Under the pieces are notes generated by a model. The model saw nothing but the letters and a program-made list of their open reading frames with translations, ran no database searches and was not told the DNA's origin. This document shows, one piece after another, positions 36,963 through 48,879 of a DNA stretch of 64,000 bases. The DNA is from Octopus vulgaris (taxonomy: Eukaryota). How positions within the stretch are numbered: position 1 is the stretch's first letter; every line of letters starts with the position of its first letter. The stretch spans positions 57,412,001-57,476,000 of the forward strand of contig OX597821.1 in assembly GCA_951406725.2 (NCBI GenBank), written 5' to 3'. The translations under genes were made by a program, and so were the position numbers.

Positions 36963-38622
36963 TCTATATATATAAAACTGAGAATGTGTGTCTGTCTGTC
37001 TGTGTGTTTCCCTAAAACTTGAGAACTACACAACCAATTTCATTCAAATTTTACACATGCCTTACTTAGGGTCCGGGGAGTGTCATCGTCAAATAAAATT
37101 CTTAACCTTTTGCCTAGGGCCAGCCCACAGCAATATCATATCTTCTCCACTACGATTCCCTAAAACTAGAGAACTACACAACCAATTCCATTCAAATTTT
37201 ATATATGCCTTACTTAGGGTCCATATAGTTTCATGGGCAAAACAAATGTTCAACTTCTTGCCTAGAGCGAGCCCATAGCAATATCATATCTTCTCCACTA
37301 TTTCAGTATTACGTGTTAAAAGTGAAACAAAAACATTTCTCTATTTTATGTCAGATGCTTTCACTTTAACAATAAAAATAATAATAACAATTGAATTATA
37401 TGTAGTAAGTAATAATTAAAATCAAACTAAAGTATAATATAATCGTAACACAACAGAAGTAAAAATAGCAATTGGTATAAAATTGCATCAATGACTTGAA
37501 CTTGAATAAGTGGTTTCACATGAATGGGAATAAATTTAAAATAAAATTAGCGTGCAGAAAGGAAATAGTCCAGATGGAGCTGTGCTTTTACATTAAATTA
37601 TCTGCTAATTAGCTAGCATTAAGTATCTATATGAAGTTTGACTGTATGTAATGTCTGTTTTCTCGAACAGCCGCTCCTGTTGGTTTATTTCTTATACATA
37701 AAGGACTAAAGCTTCAACTGCTTACTTCTTTCTGATTCATCGTAAGGTTTGTTATTATTATTACTGTTTAACTATTGTTATCACGTTTGTTGGTTCCTCA
37801 TAAAGGAAAGATTGTTGTGTTGCATTTGTTAAATAATTGTAAACTGTAACCCTCCCCCTTTGGGAGAAGGAGCTTTGGTTATTGTTTAAAAATTGAATTG
37901 TGTCCCTGTTTGAGGAAATTGACAATATTTTCACCGTTTACACGGAAGTCTAAAAATGAATTTCGCTGCAGCCGTCGGCGGGCGTGAATTCATTGAAATT
38001 AAAATGGAAGAAATACGGATTGATCACCGACAAAGACGGTGAATCTAGGATAACACCACCAAGCGAAATAAAAAATTAAATTAAAGAAAAGACTATTGTC
38101 TATAAAGTATACAATATACAGAAAAAAAAAAAGATTTGAACACCTGGAGGAAAGCACCATCGAAACGTGTCTTGGTGCGACTATGAAAGATATCTAACCA
38201 GAGGCGGTAAATTCGCCACAATAGAAGCAGGGTTCGAGTCAACGGAGCGTGCAAGGGAGTACTCGACTCGAACCTTGCAAAGTGGAAATATTTTATTTTT
38301 ACCTTTATATCTGGGACGTAGGACGTCTCGGATAAAAATTTAAAATGTCCCCCCAGAAGTAGAGGTAGGCTGGATTGTAGCCACACTTCTATACAAGAGG
38401 GAGGACAAGATACAATTGATTGAAATTGCAAGAGACGGGCCTACAATTCCAGTCTGTTATATATTTTGAGTATTGTTATCACTAGCGATATCAAGATATA
38501 ACTTTGTATTTTGTATTTTATGTGTAGATGTATATATATAGATGTACATGTAATATGTACACATATATATATACATATATTTACATGCACTAGCACCCGG
38601 CAACGACGGATCATAATGCTAG
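36963..38622 (+). mobile_element. Non-autonomous Helitron with an internal ~150-bp tandem duplication; pairing of the two ends is tentative
   Basis: A|TCTATATATATAAAACTGAG start; duplicated block ~37008-37150 / ~37157-37300; candidate 3' end ccggcaacgacgg hairpin then atcataatgCTAG|T. Confidence 0.6.
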
Positions 38623-38727
38623 TATATATATATATGGTGCAGGGGATATTTACTATATTTATAGAGGTACTTATACATGTTGAATATTTATACAGATTTT
38701 TACTTTCATCCACATATCTTCATGCAT

Positions 38728-38990
38728 GAAGGTGCGTGACTGAGCGGTTAGTGTATTCGGCTTACATTCGTATGATCGTGAGTTCGATGCCTGGCGGCGC
38801 TTTGTGTCCTTGAGCAAGACACTTTATTTCCCGTTGCTTCAGTCCACTCAGCTTGTAAAGATGAGTTGTCCCTGTATTTCAAAGGGCCAGTCTTTTCACA
38901 TTCTGTGCCGTGCTGAATATCTTTGAAATCTACGTTCAGGGTTCGCGTATCTGTCGAATGCTCAGACACTTCCCGACGTCGTAACCGAGG
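38728..38990 (+). mobile_element. SINE family C
   Basis: tRNA-like head ggtgcgtgactgagcggttagtgtattcggc...gagttcgatgcc followed by the family-C body. Confidence 0.85.
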
Positions 38991-39213
38991 GATCGTCACC
39001 CCACTAGATCTCATTCAAAATATTTATATCAAGATAGTAATTTTATAAATAGTAGAAGTCGTCATTTTGTTTGTGATCTATGTGTGAGTGTGTGTATGTG
39101 TTTGTGCTCGCGTGCCTCTGTGTAAGTTGTTCAGCCTTAATAAACCCTATTATTTGAATACGTTTAAAAATTTTTAGTTATTGAAAAGATTTATCTGCCC
39201 TTGATTATTTTAA

Positions 39214-39613
39214 TTCTTTTCTACTCTAGTCACAAGGCCCCGAAAGTTTTGGGAAGGGGACCAATCGATTAGATCGACCCCAGTACGCAGCTGGTACTTA
39301 ATTTATCGACTCCGAAAGGATGAAAGGCAAAGTCGACCTAAGCGTGATTTGAATTTAGAACGTAAAGACAGACGAAATACCTATTTCTTTACTACCCACA
39401 AGGGGTTAAACACAGAGAGGACAAACAAGGACAGACAAACGGATTAAGTCGATTACATCGACCCCAGTCCGTAGCTGGTGCTTAATTTATCGACCCCGAA
39501 AGGATGAAAGGCAAAGTCGACCTCGGAGGAATTTGAACTCAGAACGTAACGGCAGACGAAATACCGCTAAGCATTTCGCCTGGCGTACTAACGTTTCTGC
39601 CAACTCGCCGCCT
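39214..39613 (-). mobile_element. SINE B dimer
   Basis: Same headed plus headless structure as 28074 and 31028. Confidence 0.9.
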
Positions 39614-40199
39614 TTAAAATATGCTTTTGATTATTGCAAACTAAATTGTAATTGACTTTGCTTTCAGTATCGCAGACATCTTTTCTGCTACCATCATCAG
39701 TTTCTCTATCGTCTGTCTTTTAGATGGTTTCTCTATGGCATGAGTGTTATTCCAGACGAAAATGTTTAGAATTAAGACATAAGATACCAATCAATTTTCA
39801 TGTATACGTTCTCAATAATGAAAATAACTTTTCGACTTTGTAAAGAAGAAAAATGGAAAGTAAATAAACAAAACATTTAGACCATAAGAAATATAAAGTT
39901 TATATGTTTATTTTTATCATTAAAGATCCTGCTCTTTTATAGCTTCGATGTAGAAGCGACTGTTAGCATTGAGGAAAGATTGGGTGTAAGAAAGTCTTGA
40001 AACGTGAAGTGCTATTTTTATGTTCTGTGGGAATTTGTGCATTTTAAATGATGTTTGAATAGTTTGGTACAGTAGATCTATTGCAGATTTAACTGGCGAA
40101 TAATGGCGAGTAATGGGGGTTTCGTTTTTACACAAGTTTCTCTCAAACAAGAAGGTCTACAAAAAAAAAAAAAAAGAAACAGAAAGAAAGGGTCTACAA

Positions 40200-41000
40200 A
40201 TTTAAAAAAATTGTTGATTGACGAAAAGGTTACAGGACTCAATATCATAGACCAGAAGAAAACAAGACAATGGTAAGGAATTCCGGAGAGTAGCAGTTCG
40301 CAGAAAGTAGTTATTAAAATAAAAGGACATAAGATTAACAGATAGCTCAACAGAAGAATAATGCACCTGGGAAGAGAAGCGGGAGATACCTTTAGAAGTT
40401 GTGATAAAGGGTATTAGACGGCAAAGCTTGGAGCAATGACCAGGGAAATACTTATAGAAAAAAACGTGACGATAATACATGTCAACGATGAGGTTACGTC
40501 TAGAATTTAAACTTTTGCAATTGGTGTTAATGGTGAAATCTGTGTTTAATGGCTAAGGTGGGGTAATAAGATTTTTCTTAGATATGTCTATAATGTTGGG
40601 TTTCATATTGTTGACTAAGAGGCTGTCTTCTCAGAAAAAAGGTCTCTATAGATGGATGGGAATTTGGATGTGTATTTAATAATGTAGAAATAGACCGGTG
40701 AACTTAACTGGACACAGTCGAATAGGTCCATGCTAAAGTATTTTCAATGTATCGAATTCTTTTTAACGCATACGCTACTGTGCAATATAATGTTGACTAA
40801 TTATATTTATATTACACATGTGTCTTTTGAGACCTGCTGAGGACTCTGTTTGCTCGAGTGCTCGTGAAACATTTACTACGTTTTCTTGAAAAGGGAGACC
40901 ACTGGAAATTTTAAAACATACATGTCTAGGTGGAGGTATGGAAATGCAGAAAAGTGACAAAGTTATGTAAATGGATCTTGGCATTATGGGAAGAAACAGA
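40200..41000 (-). mobile_element. Decayed CR1/Jockey-group LINE, 3' region
   Basis: Minus ORF 40202-40480 FFYKYFPGHCSKL...HYSSVEL...YFLRTATLRNSLPLSCF resembles the FYRY..G.CS.EL...SF.PRT..LWNSLP C-terminus. Confidence 0.6.
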
Positions 41001-41554
41001 CACAGCAAAATTTGGGAACGAAAAAGATGTACAGATATGTTACTTATTATTAGGGACAATTTAAGAAAGGAAAGCACAAAATATTGCAAATGAAACGGTT
41101 GGAAATTGCTAAAACTATGATCACCGAGATTGTTATTTAGTGTAGAAGAGCAAGTACCTACTACTACACCCTCTGGTAGGTATGTGAGAAAGGAGATACG
41201 AAAGGACGGACGGAAACTGACGGCGGTAAAGTGTTTTATGTAAGTAAAAGAAATGTGTTCAAATACGTCATTTGTCCAGCGAAATAGGAGACTGTAGGAT
41301 GAGAAAAGTGGTTGGCTAAAGAGATTAGAAAAGAGGAGAGACTAGAATACAATTTGGAATGGACCTTGATAGGTGTTCATTGGCGCAATTATGAATTTTA
41401 ATGTACATGAATATGTGAAAAACTATAAGTGAAATATGGGCAACTAGAAACAAAACTGGGAGAGATGCATATACTGTAGAACCTCGGTTTACGAACAACT
41501 CTGATAACGAATAAATCATACTTTATCTCCCATCTTTCTCATATTCATTTAATA

Positions 41555-41670
41555 CAGCCGTGCCTCGGTTTACGAACGCCTCTGATCACGAATAAATCGT
41601 GCTTTATATATATATATAAAAAGCACGATTTGTTCGCGATCAAAGTTGTTCGAAAACTGAGGTACTACTG
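41555..41670. mobile_element. pogo/Tigger-type MITE, with an extra left end at 41474-41518
   Basis: TA-cagccgtgcctcggtttacgaac...gttcgaaaactgaggtactactg-TA; folds back around a (TA)n centre. Confidence 0.75.
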
Positions 41671-42132
41671 TATTTGTATGTTTATATGTATTTAAGTCTG
41701 TGTACGTACATACATACATACATACATACATACATACATACATACATACATACATACATACATACATTACATATGTATATATATATATATTTCTGTATAT
41801 AAGGAAAATAAGACAAGGTAAAAAATGCTAAAATAATTTTATCATGAAGAGTATTTTAGTACCAGTTTCAATCTTCGCGACTTTTTCAACTTAGAGTAAA
41901 GCATGAAAAACAATTAAATTGTGGAAATATTAAATGAAATGTTTTATAAAATATTTCCATAGTTTTCAAATGCAAGGGACATTTTCCTTTCTGTCTGTCT
42001 CTATCTCTATTTTTTTACTCATGTGAGTTCTATGTAGTGGGCAGCAGGTAGTAGTAGTAGTCCTAATATCTGATATGAATTCTTGCAGCAGTAGTAGTTG
42101 AGAAAGGAGTCGGCGGCAACGAAGAAGAAATG

Positions 42133-42180
<48 letters not shown>

Positions 42181-42183
<3 letters not shown>

Positions 42184-42597
42184 TTTTACACTTTTACTTG
42201 TTTCAGTCATTTGACAGCGGCCATGCTGAAGCACCGCCTTTAGTCGAGCAAATCGACCCCAGGACTTATTCTTTGTAAGCCTAGTACTTATTCTATCGGT
42301 CTCTTTTGCCGAACCGCTAAGTTACGAGGGCATAAACATACCAGCATCGGTTTTCAAGCGATGTTGGGGGGGGAGACAAACACAGCCACGCAAACATACA
42401 TACACACACACACACATATATATATACATATATACGACGGTCTTCTTTCAGTTTCCGTCTACCAAATCCGCTCACAAGGCTTTGGTCGGCCCAAAGCTAA
42501 TGTAGAAGACACTTGGCCAAGGTGTCACGCAGTGGGACTGAACCCAGAACCATGTGGTTGGTAAGCAAGCTACTTACCACACAGCCACTTCTACGCC
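42181..42597 (-). mobile_element. SINE family A, full length
   Basis: Both halves present; head ggcgtagaagtggctgtgtggtaag. Confidence 0.9.
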
Positions 42598-42611
42598 TAG
42601 GCAAATCTTAT

Positions 42612-42703
42612 CGCCCGCAGAAGGACCTGAACCTGCGATCCTCAGATTTCATCACACGACAGTTCTTAAAAGTCTGATGTTCTACCGACTGAACTATGCA
42701 TAT
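42612..42703 (-). tRNA. tRNA-Lys-TTT: tRNA-Lys(TTT) with 19-nt intron, probably a pseudogene
   Basis: Minus strand: (atat)GCA-TA-GTTC-AGTCGGTA-GAAC-A-TCAGA-CTTTTA-[agaactgtcgtgtgatgaa]-A-TCTGA-GGATC-GCAGG-TTCAGGT-CCTTC-TGCGGGC-G; colinear with eukaryotic tRNA-Lys(UUU); first 4 acceptor bases replaced by (TA)n, A58 changed to G. Confidence 0.8.
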
Positions 42704-42739
42704 ATATATATAAAGGGGCATGAGTGTATGTGTAAAGAA

Positions 42740-43535
42740 AGCTGTCAGAATCCTTAGCGTGTCGGACAAAATACCTAACGATTTATTATACTTTAAGTTC
42801 AAATTCCACCGACGTACATTTTGTCTTCCACCCCTCCAAGGTCGATAATATAAAGTGCCAGTCAAGTACTGGAGTCAATGTAATCGATTTACTCCCTCTC
42901 TCCACCCCTAAATGCTGGCTTAATACCAAATTTAGAAATAAAGAATATACATATGCCTTTCTCTACACATATGGGCTTCCACACAGTTTCCATCTATATA
43001 GTCCTGTCACAAGACACTGGCTGACTAGAGGGTGTAGTAGAAGGTACTTGCCCAAGGTACCACGCTATGGAACTGAATCTGAATGTTATTGCAAAGCGAG
43101 TCGTTTCATCATACAGCCAAGCCTGCGTCTATGTTTATTTTCAAGTCAACCACCCCAAGTCTACTTTGAAGCCGAACAAACGATTGGTTAATGGAAGTAA
43201 ATGGTAATATTCACCCTGAATGGGTTAGTGGTTAGGGTATTGGGCTCACGATCGAAAAGTGGTGAGTTCGATTCCCGATGGCGTGTTGTGTTCTTGAGCA
43301 AGACACTTTATTTCCCATTGTTCCAGTCCAGTCAACTGGCAAAAATAAATTGTATCTGTACTTCAATGGGCCAGCTTTGTCACATTCTGTGTCACGCAGA
43401 ATCTGCCTGACAACTACGTTCAGGGTGCATGTGTCTTTGAAGCACTCAACCACTTTGCACGTTAATTCCACGAGCAGGTTTTTCCATTGATCAGATCAAT
43501 TGGACCCCTATCCTCGTAAGCAACAGGGTGTCAGT
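42740..43535. mobile_element. Diverged SINE B (42740-42940, +), SINE A (42970-43130, -) and SINE C (43217-43535, +)
   Basis: Similarity to family copies in the window. Confidence 0.7.
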
Positions 43536-44054
43536 TCGATATTTGCCTTCCACTGATGGATACGTTGGGCAAGTTTCCGATAAAGTGTTGGGGCAGTTTT
43601 CATGAAAGAACTTGTATATCATTTTTAAAATGCTGTATTTTACATGCAATGATTGAGAAAGACGGTTTGTTGTGGTAAAAAAAAAAAGCGAAGATAAAGT
43701 TTTGTGAAAATTTAAGAGAAGTAGCAACCTCATCTAGTTATCCAGATCTGTATGTCGATATATTTAAACCGAAAGACAAGCAGGATTTACAAAAGTCTGA
43801 AGAAATTTAAGATTTAATCATATAAGTTTTAATTATTATCAATACAATAGAGCGTTTATGCGTACTTGACTTTCAGTTAAAATTTATGAAATATTTATCA
43901 GTTAAGTTTTTAAAATAACAGCTTCTTATCTAGGATTTTTATTGTTAGTAATATAACTTTCAAGAGACGTTCATTTTAAGAGTTGTTTTAGAAACTACAC
44001 TTGTTTATCAATAAAGTGTTTTGACTTCATTCTAGGTACTTTAATTTATCGAAC

Positions 44055-44246
44055 TCAGGCTGTGTGGTTAGGCACAGGCTGTGTGGTTAGGCGCAGGCTG
44101 TGTGGTTAGGCGCAGGCTGTGTAGTAAGAAACTTGCTTCCCAACCACATGGTTCCGGGCTCAGTGCCACTGCATGGCACCTTGGGCGGACCAAAGCCATG
44201 CGAGTAGACTTAGTAGACGGAAACTGAAAGAATCCCGTCGTGTGTT

Positions 44247-44286
<40 letters not shown>

Positions 44287-44475
44287 TATGTATGTATTTG
44301 TGTGTCTGTCTTTGTGCCATCGCTTGACAACCGATGCTGGTATGTTTACGACCCCGTAACTTAGCGGTTCGGCAAAAATGTACGATAGAATAAGTGCTAG
44401 GCTTTCAAAAAATAAGTCCTGGGGTCGATTTTTTCGACTAAAAGCGGTGCTCCAATATGGCCGCAGTCAAATGAA
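44055..44475 (+). mobile_element. SINE family A with tandemly repeated 5' head
   Basis: ggc(g/a)caggctgtgtggtta repeated about four times at 44056-44125, then both family-A halves. Confidence 0.85.
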
Positions 44476-44489
44476 TACTGTATATACAA

Positions 44490-44714
44490 CAAGAGTGGAC
44501 AGCTCAAAATATTGCTACACGCGTTTCAATAACGGGGTCGTTTATTCAACAACGTATAATATTGCATAATATGATGTAATTTTCCTTATTGCATAAAAAC
44601 GACGGAGGTCTGCAATAATTTAAAATTACGCAATATTATGAAATATTAAGCATTGTTGAAAAAATTAGCAGCTATTGAAACGCATGTAGCAATGTTTTGA
44701 GCTGTCCATTCTTT
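44490..44714. repeat. Imperfect ~110-bp-arm inverted repeat (hairpin/MITE-like)
   Basis: agagtggacagctcaaaatattgctacacgcgtttcaata pairs with tattgaaacgcatgtagcaatgttttgagctgtccattct. Confidence 0.8.
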
Positions 44715-45189
44715 TTCCTTTATTATGTAAGTAAATGTATGCCTCTGTGTGTGTGTATACATACATATATATATTACACACACACGCACATGTAAATTGT
44801 GTGTGTATATGTTTATCACGTTGTCTATGCATGTTTGTGTGGGGAGAGAGAGAGAGAGGAAGACTGACAGACAGAAAGATACTGAAAACGAAAGAAAGAG
44901 AAAGGAATAAAATTAATCAGCAGTCTGTAATCTATTGAAAGGTATGGCTAATTAGTGATACTAATTACAAAGAATGATGAATAGATTATGCCATAAATAC
45001 GCTAATTAACTTCACAATAGTGATTTCTAATTAAAAATGATTTTGAAGTGAACATGAAAAACAATGCATTAAGTGTTTGTGTTTTTCTTGTTGTCTAGGG
45101 TTCGTAAGACCGGTTGTATGGTTTCCACGGCGTATAAGTAACTGAAATCAGAACATTGCCCCTGGCCTGGATACCGATTCATCGCAGAG

Positions 45190-45790
45190 TTCAGGACCGG
45201 AAATTTTGAGGGAAGGTGACAAAGGCGATTTCATCAGCCCCAGTATATGGACTCCGTGAGCAGACAATTCGCCTACAGTCAATTCCCACACAGCCTCAGA
45301 CTCAACACAGAGGCCTACATCAAGTGCCTGGAAGAGGTTGTGCTGCCCTAGGCCAAGAGGGTGACTGCTGGAACACCCTATGTCTGGCAACAGGACTCTG
45401 CACCATACCATACAATTGTCCTGTCTGTAAGTTGTCTGTCGGTCAACTGTCTGTTGACGAATTGTCCGTCTACCATTTGACTCATACTTTATTTTATCGA
45501 TCTGAACGAGATGAAAGGCAAAATTGATTTCGGCGGGAAATGAACTCACAACGTAAAGAGCTGAAAGAAATGTTTGTCTGAAATTTTGCCGCAAGGACAG
45601 CAATTTTGTGGCAGGGGATGAGTCGATTACATCGACTTCGGTGTTCAACTGATACATATATTATCGACCCCGAAAGGGGGAAAGGCGAAGTTGACCCCGG
45701 CTGAATTTGAACTCAGAACGTGAAGATGGATGAAGTGCTGCTTAGCAATTTGCCCGGCGTCCTAACAATTCCACCAAGCTCGTCGCCTCA
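45190..45790. mobile_element. SINE B copies (-) interrupted by a DD37D transposase fragment (~45280-45410, +)
   Basis: FPHSLRLNTEAYIKCLEEVVLP*AKRVTAGTPYVWQQDSAPYH between family-B segments. Confidence 0.7.
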
Positions 45791-46490
45791 GAGCCAGTAG
45801 CAATGCTGCTTAGCATTTTCATCCAGCGCTCTAATAACTGTGAGCTCAAAGTCTTCATCGTAGGGTTGAGACGGTCTTACTAAACGTAACTAAATAACGT
45901 AGGATGTAAATTACCTTACAGTATTTAATCCCGTTCAATTACATTCTGCAGTCAGCTCCCAACAAAGTTGATTCTGTTTTTAGTTTCCCGCCGTCGGTAA
46001 AGTACTAGACAAGTTACTGGAATCGATTATATCGACTTTATAAACCTTCAACATAAAATGCCCTTTCTTTGAAGGAATGAGGTTCTCTCCTCCAGAAACC
46101 CCAGGATTTTCCCCTCTTTCCACAGTACGGAGAGTTATGTTATTTCATTGATTCAATTCTAATGGCTATTTTTGTTTCCTTGATATACATCCATACATTT
46201 TACATAGAATTTCTTTTTACTTTCCATTCCAGTGAAAAGTTTGTCATTTAATATTCCCAATTTTAAAAATACAAACGATGTAGTTCGAAAGTAGTGGATG
46301 TTTGTTTATATGAAGAATTGAATAAATGATTGTTTATTATGAATTCAATGTGAATTCTTCTTTATGATATCAATATAATTTAATTTACTGTTCTATATTT
46401 ATAACTATGATATACAGAAAAACGATGATACCATTCAAAAGTACATGAGAACTGTTAATATTGAGTCCTAATTGCATTTCTTATAATATA

Positions 46491-46491
46491 C

Positions 46492-46578
<87 letters not shown>

Positions 46579-46745
46579 CCTGCGCGCGTGAGCGAAAGCA
46601 GAGTATTGTAATCACTCGTCTTCGTCTGTCTGCGTGTTTGAAAAATTATTGGATAACGGCCGAACGGATTTTCACTAAATTTGGCAGCAATATCCATTGG
46701 GTGAGTGGCTCGAAACGATGAAAATTTGGTTTGATTATCTTCAAA
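46491..46745. repeat. (TTA)n microsatellite (46491-46578) followed by a HINE-like fragment
   Basis: Pure TTA tract, then cctgcgcgcgtgagcgaaagcagagtattgtaatcactc...gaacggattttcactaaatttggc. Confidence 0.7.
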
Positions 46746-47599
46746 CATACATAAATACATACATACATAGATATGCGACTCTGTGTGTGTGTGTGTGTGT
46801 GTACAGTGATGGATTAGAAGGTTTCGATTATTTATGAATTGATTTCTTAATTTCACTTGAGTATGAATACCTATAATGGTGAAGCACTTCTCAAATTTTT
46901 ATGCAATATTTTATACAAGTATTTCATTTTGTTCACTTTCTTTTTCATATGAATCGACCCTCGTCTGCGTGTATATAGATCATGGTGTACCTATATGCGT
47001 AGACACGAGTGGGTACATACATACATAAATACATAGATATGCGATTCTGTATGTGTGTGTGCGCGCACGTATGTGTGTATGTACAGTGATGGATTAGAGG
47101 GTTTCGATTATTTACGTGTTGATTTCTTAATTTCACTGGAGTATAAATACCTATAATGGTGACACTTAAAAAAAATAATGATTAAGTTCAATTAAAAAGC
47201 ATGGGCAAGCAACGCATTGTAAGCCACAATATAAGTTGCGTAATATTTCAACTGCGCGCTGGGTATGTATTGCCTCTCCGATGGCTTTTTTTTCATCATT
47301 ATTTTTAAAGTTTTTTATTATTGTTTTTATTTCTTCAGGTATCTGGGGGGTTTTCTTAGGACTTTCCCATTCTTTAGTGCTAGTGCGCGATTGGAACGCC
47401 ATCTTGGACACGTTTTTGAAACGTGCGTGGCTAACTGATAGGAGTGGTGTGTGAAAAAACCTCGCAAACTTCTTCATACGTTTCCAGTTACCTGACAAGT
47501 ACCGACTGGATTTCCCGAATGTGACAATGAGCATATGAGTACATCTCATTGGATAACTCCGATCGTATCTAGATAGAATATTTTGTAGACCATTGAATA

Positions 47600-48645
47600 A
47601 AGATAGCATAGGTTGTCCACAGTTTGAAATCGTCGGCTACTTAGATTACAAATTTGTGATCGTACGGTCTATTTAGATATGCTTCGTATGTAGGGATCCG
47701 ATTATTAGAAACTGAACGTGTCGCTCGCTGAACACCAAGCTTAGAGAGAACTGATTAACAAATTAGTTAAGCGGGCGTTGACGGGAGCTATCGTCAACAA
47801 CAAATGCTTGATGACCCTGAAAAGAGGGTTGGGAATAGACTTGATAAGATTCAGTGAAGCTGTAGCGAGAGAAAAAACTAGAATGGAGGGAAACTTATAG
47901 GCACTTAGGGAAGGCAAAGAATCTTCTCTGATCAATTTTTACCTCGAAGAATTTCCAGAAATTCTTGACCAAAGAATGCCACTTGGAGCATCGTCCGCTC
48001 AAGATACACTCTACATACTCAGAAGTACTGTTAATTGGGTTTGCTCGATATGCGCACAGAACATCAAAACTGTTCTGCACTTATACCCGAATATAACTGA
48101 CTTGTGGAATAACTTCGAGCAACTGCCGTCACTTGTGTGGCACAGATGTAGCTATCGTCTGAGTCCAGTATGAGAATAGTCCCTTCGCCTGCCCTTGTGG
48201 GGAAAGAGCGGCGTTGTTTATCTCTCTGGTGACTTTAGCGAAAGAAGTTTAGCGGAATAGGCTGCAAGGGCTAAAGACAGACACCTTCCGCTTTGACCAA
48301 GCCCTCATTAACATTTTCAAGCTTCACTTGAAAGAAAAATGAGGGTAGAGAGGGAAATGCTGCTTCCCAGGAAATTTCTTGAAAGCCGGATGAGACTAGC
48401 GAGTAAGGTCCGAGTGAATGGGTTTATTCTGTACATTCGCATGTAGATAGAAAGAGAATAGGAAAATATCGGCACTTGCCTTAGTGGTCAGAGTAAACGT
48501 AGTTTCGTGGGGTTTTCATGAGGCTTCCTTTCTTTTGGGGAATTATCTATTGTTTTGAATTTATTGTTTCTTTGTTATTGTTATCCTCATTTATACACAA
48601 TTATTCACGTTACCCAAGAGGTATTGTCTTGTACCATCCTCAATG
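47600..48645 (+). mobile_element. L1/Tx1-like ORF2 C-terminal (zf-RVT) remnant plus 3' UTR
   Basis: NFQKFL...LGASSAQDTLYILRSTVNWVCSICAQNIKTVLH...DLWNNFEQL matches the C-x2-C...ETxxH...C...W motif; T-rich 3' region. Confidence 0.65.
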
Positions 48646-48661
48646 GACATTATTATTACTA

Positions 48662-48877
48662 TTTTTTTCTACTCTAGGCACAAGGCCCGAAATTTTGGGG
48701 GAGAGTACCAGTCGATTAGATCAACCTCAGTACGTAACTGGTACTTAATTTATCGACCCCGAAAGGATGAAAGGCAAAGTTGACCTCGGCGGAGTTTGAA
48801 CTCAGAACATAAAGACAGACGAAATACCACAAAGCATTTCACCCGGTGTGCTAACGTTTCTTCCAGCTCGGCGCCTT
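48662..48877 (-). mobile_element. SINE family B
   Basis: Family similarity; inserted in a (TTA)-like tract. Confidence 0.85.
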
Positions 48878-48879
48878 AC

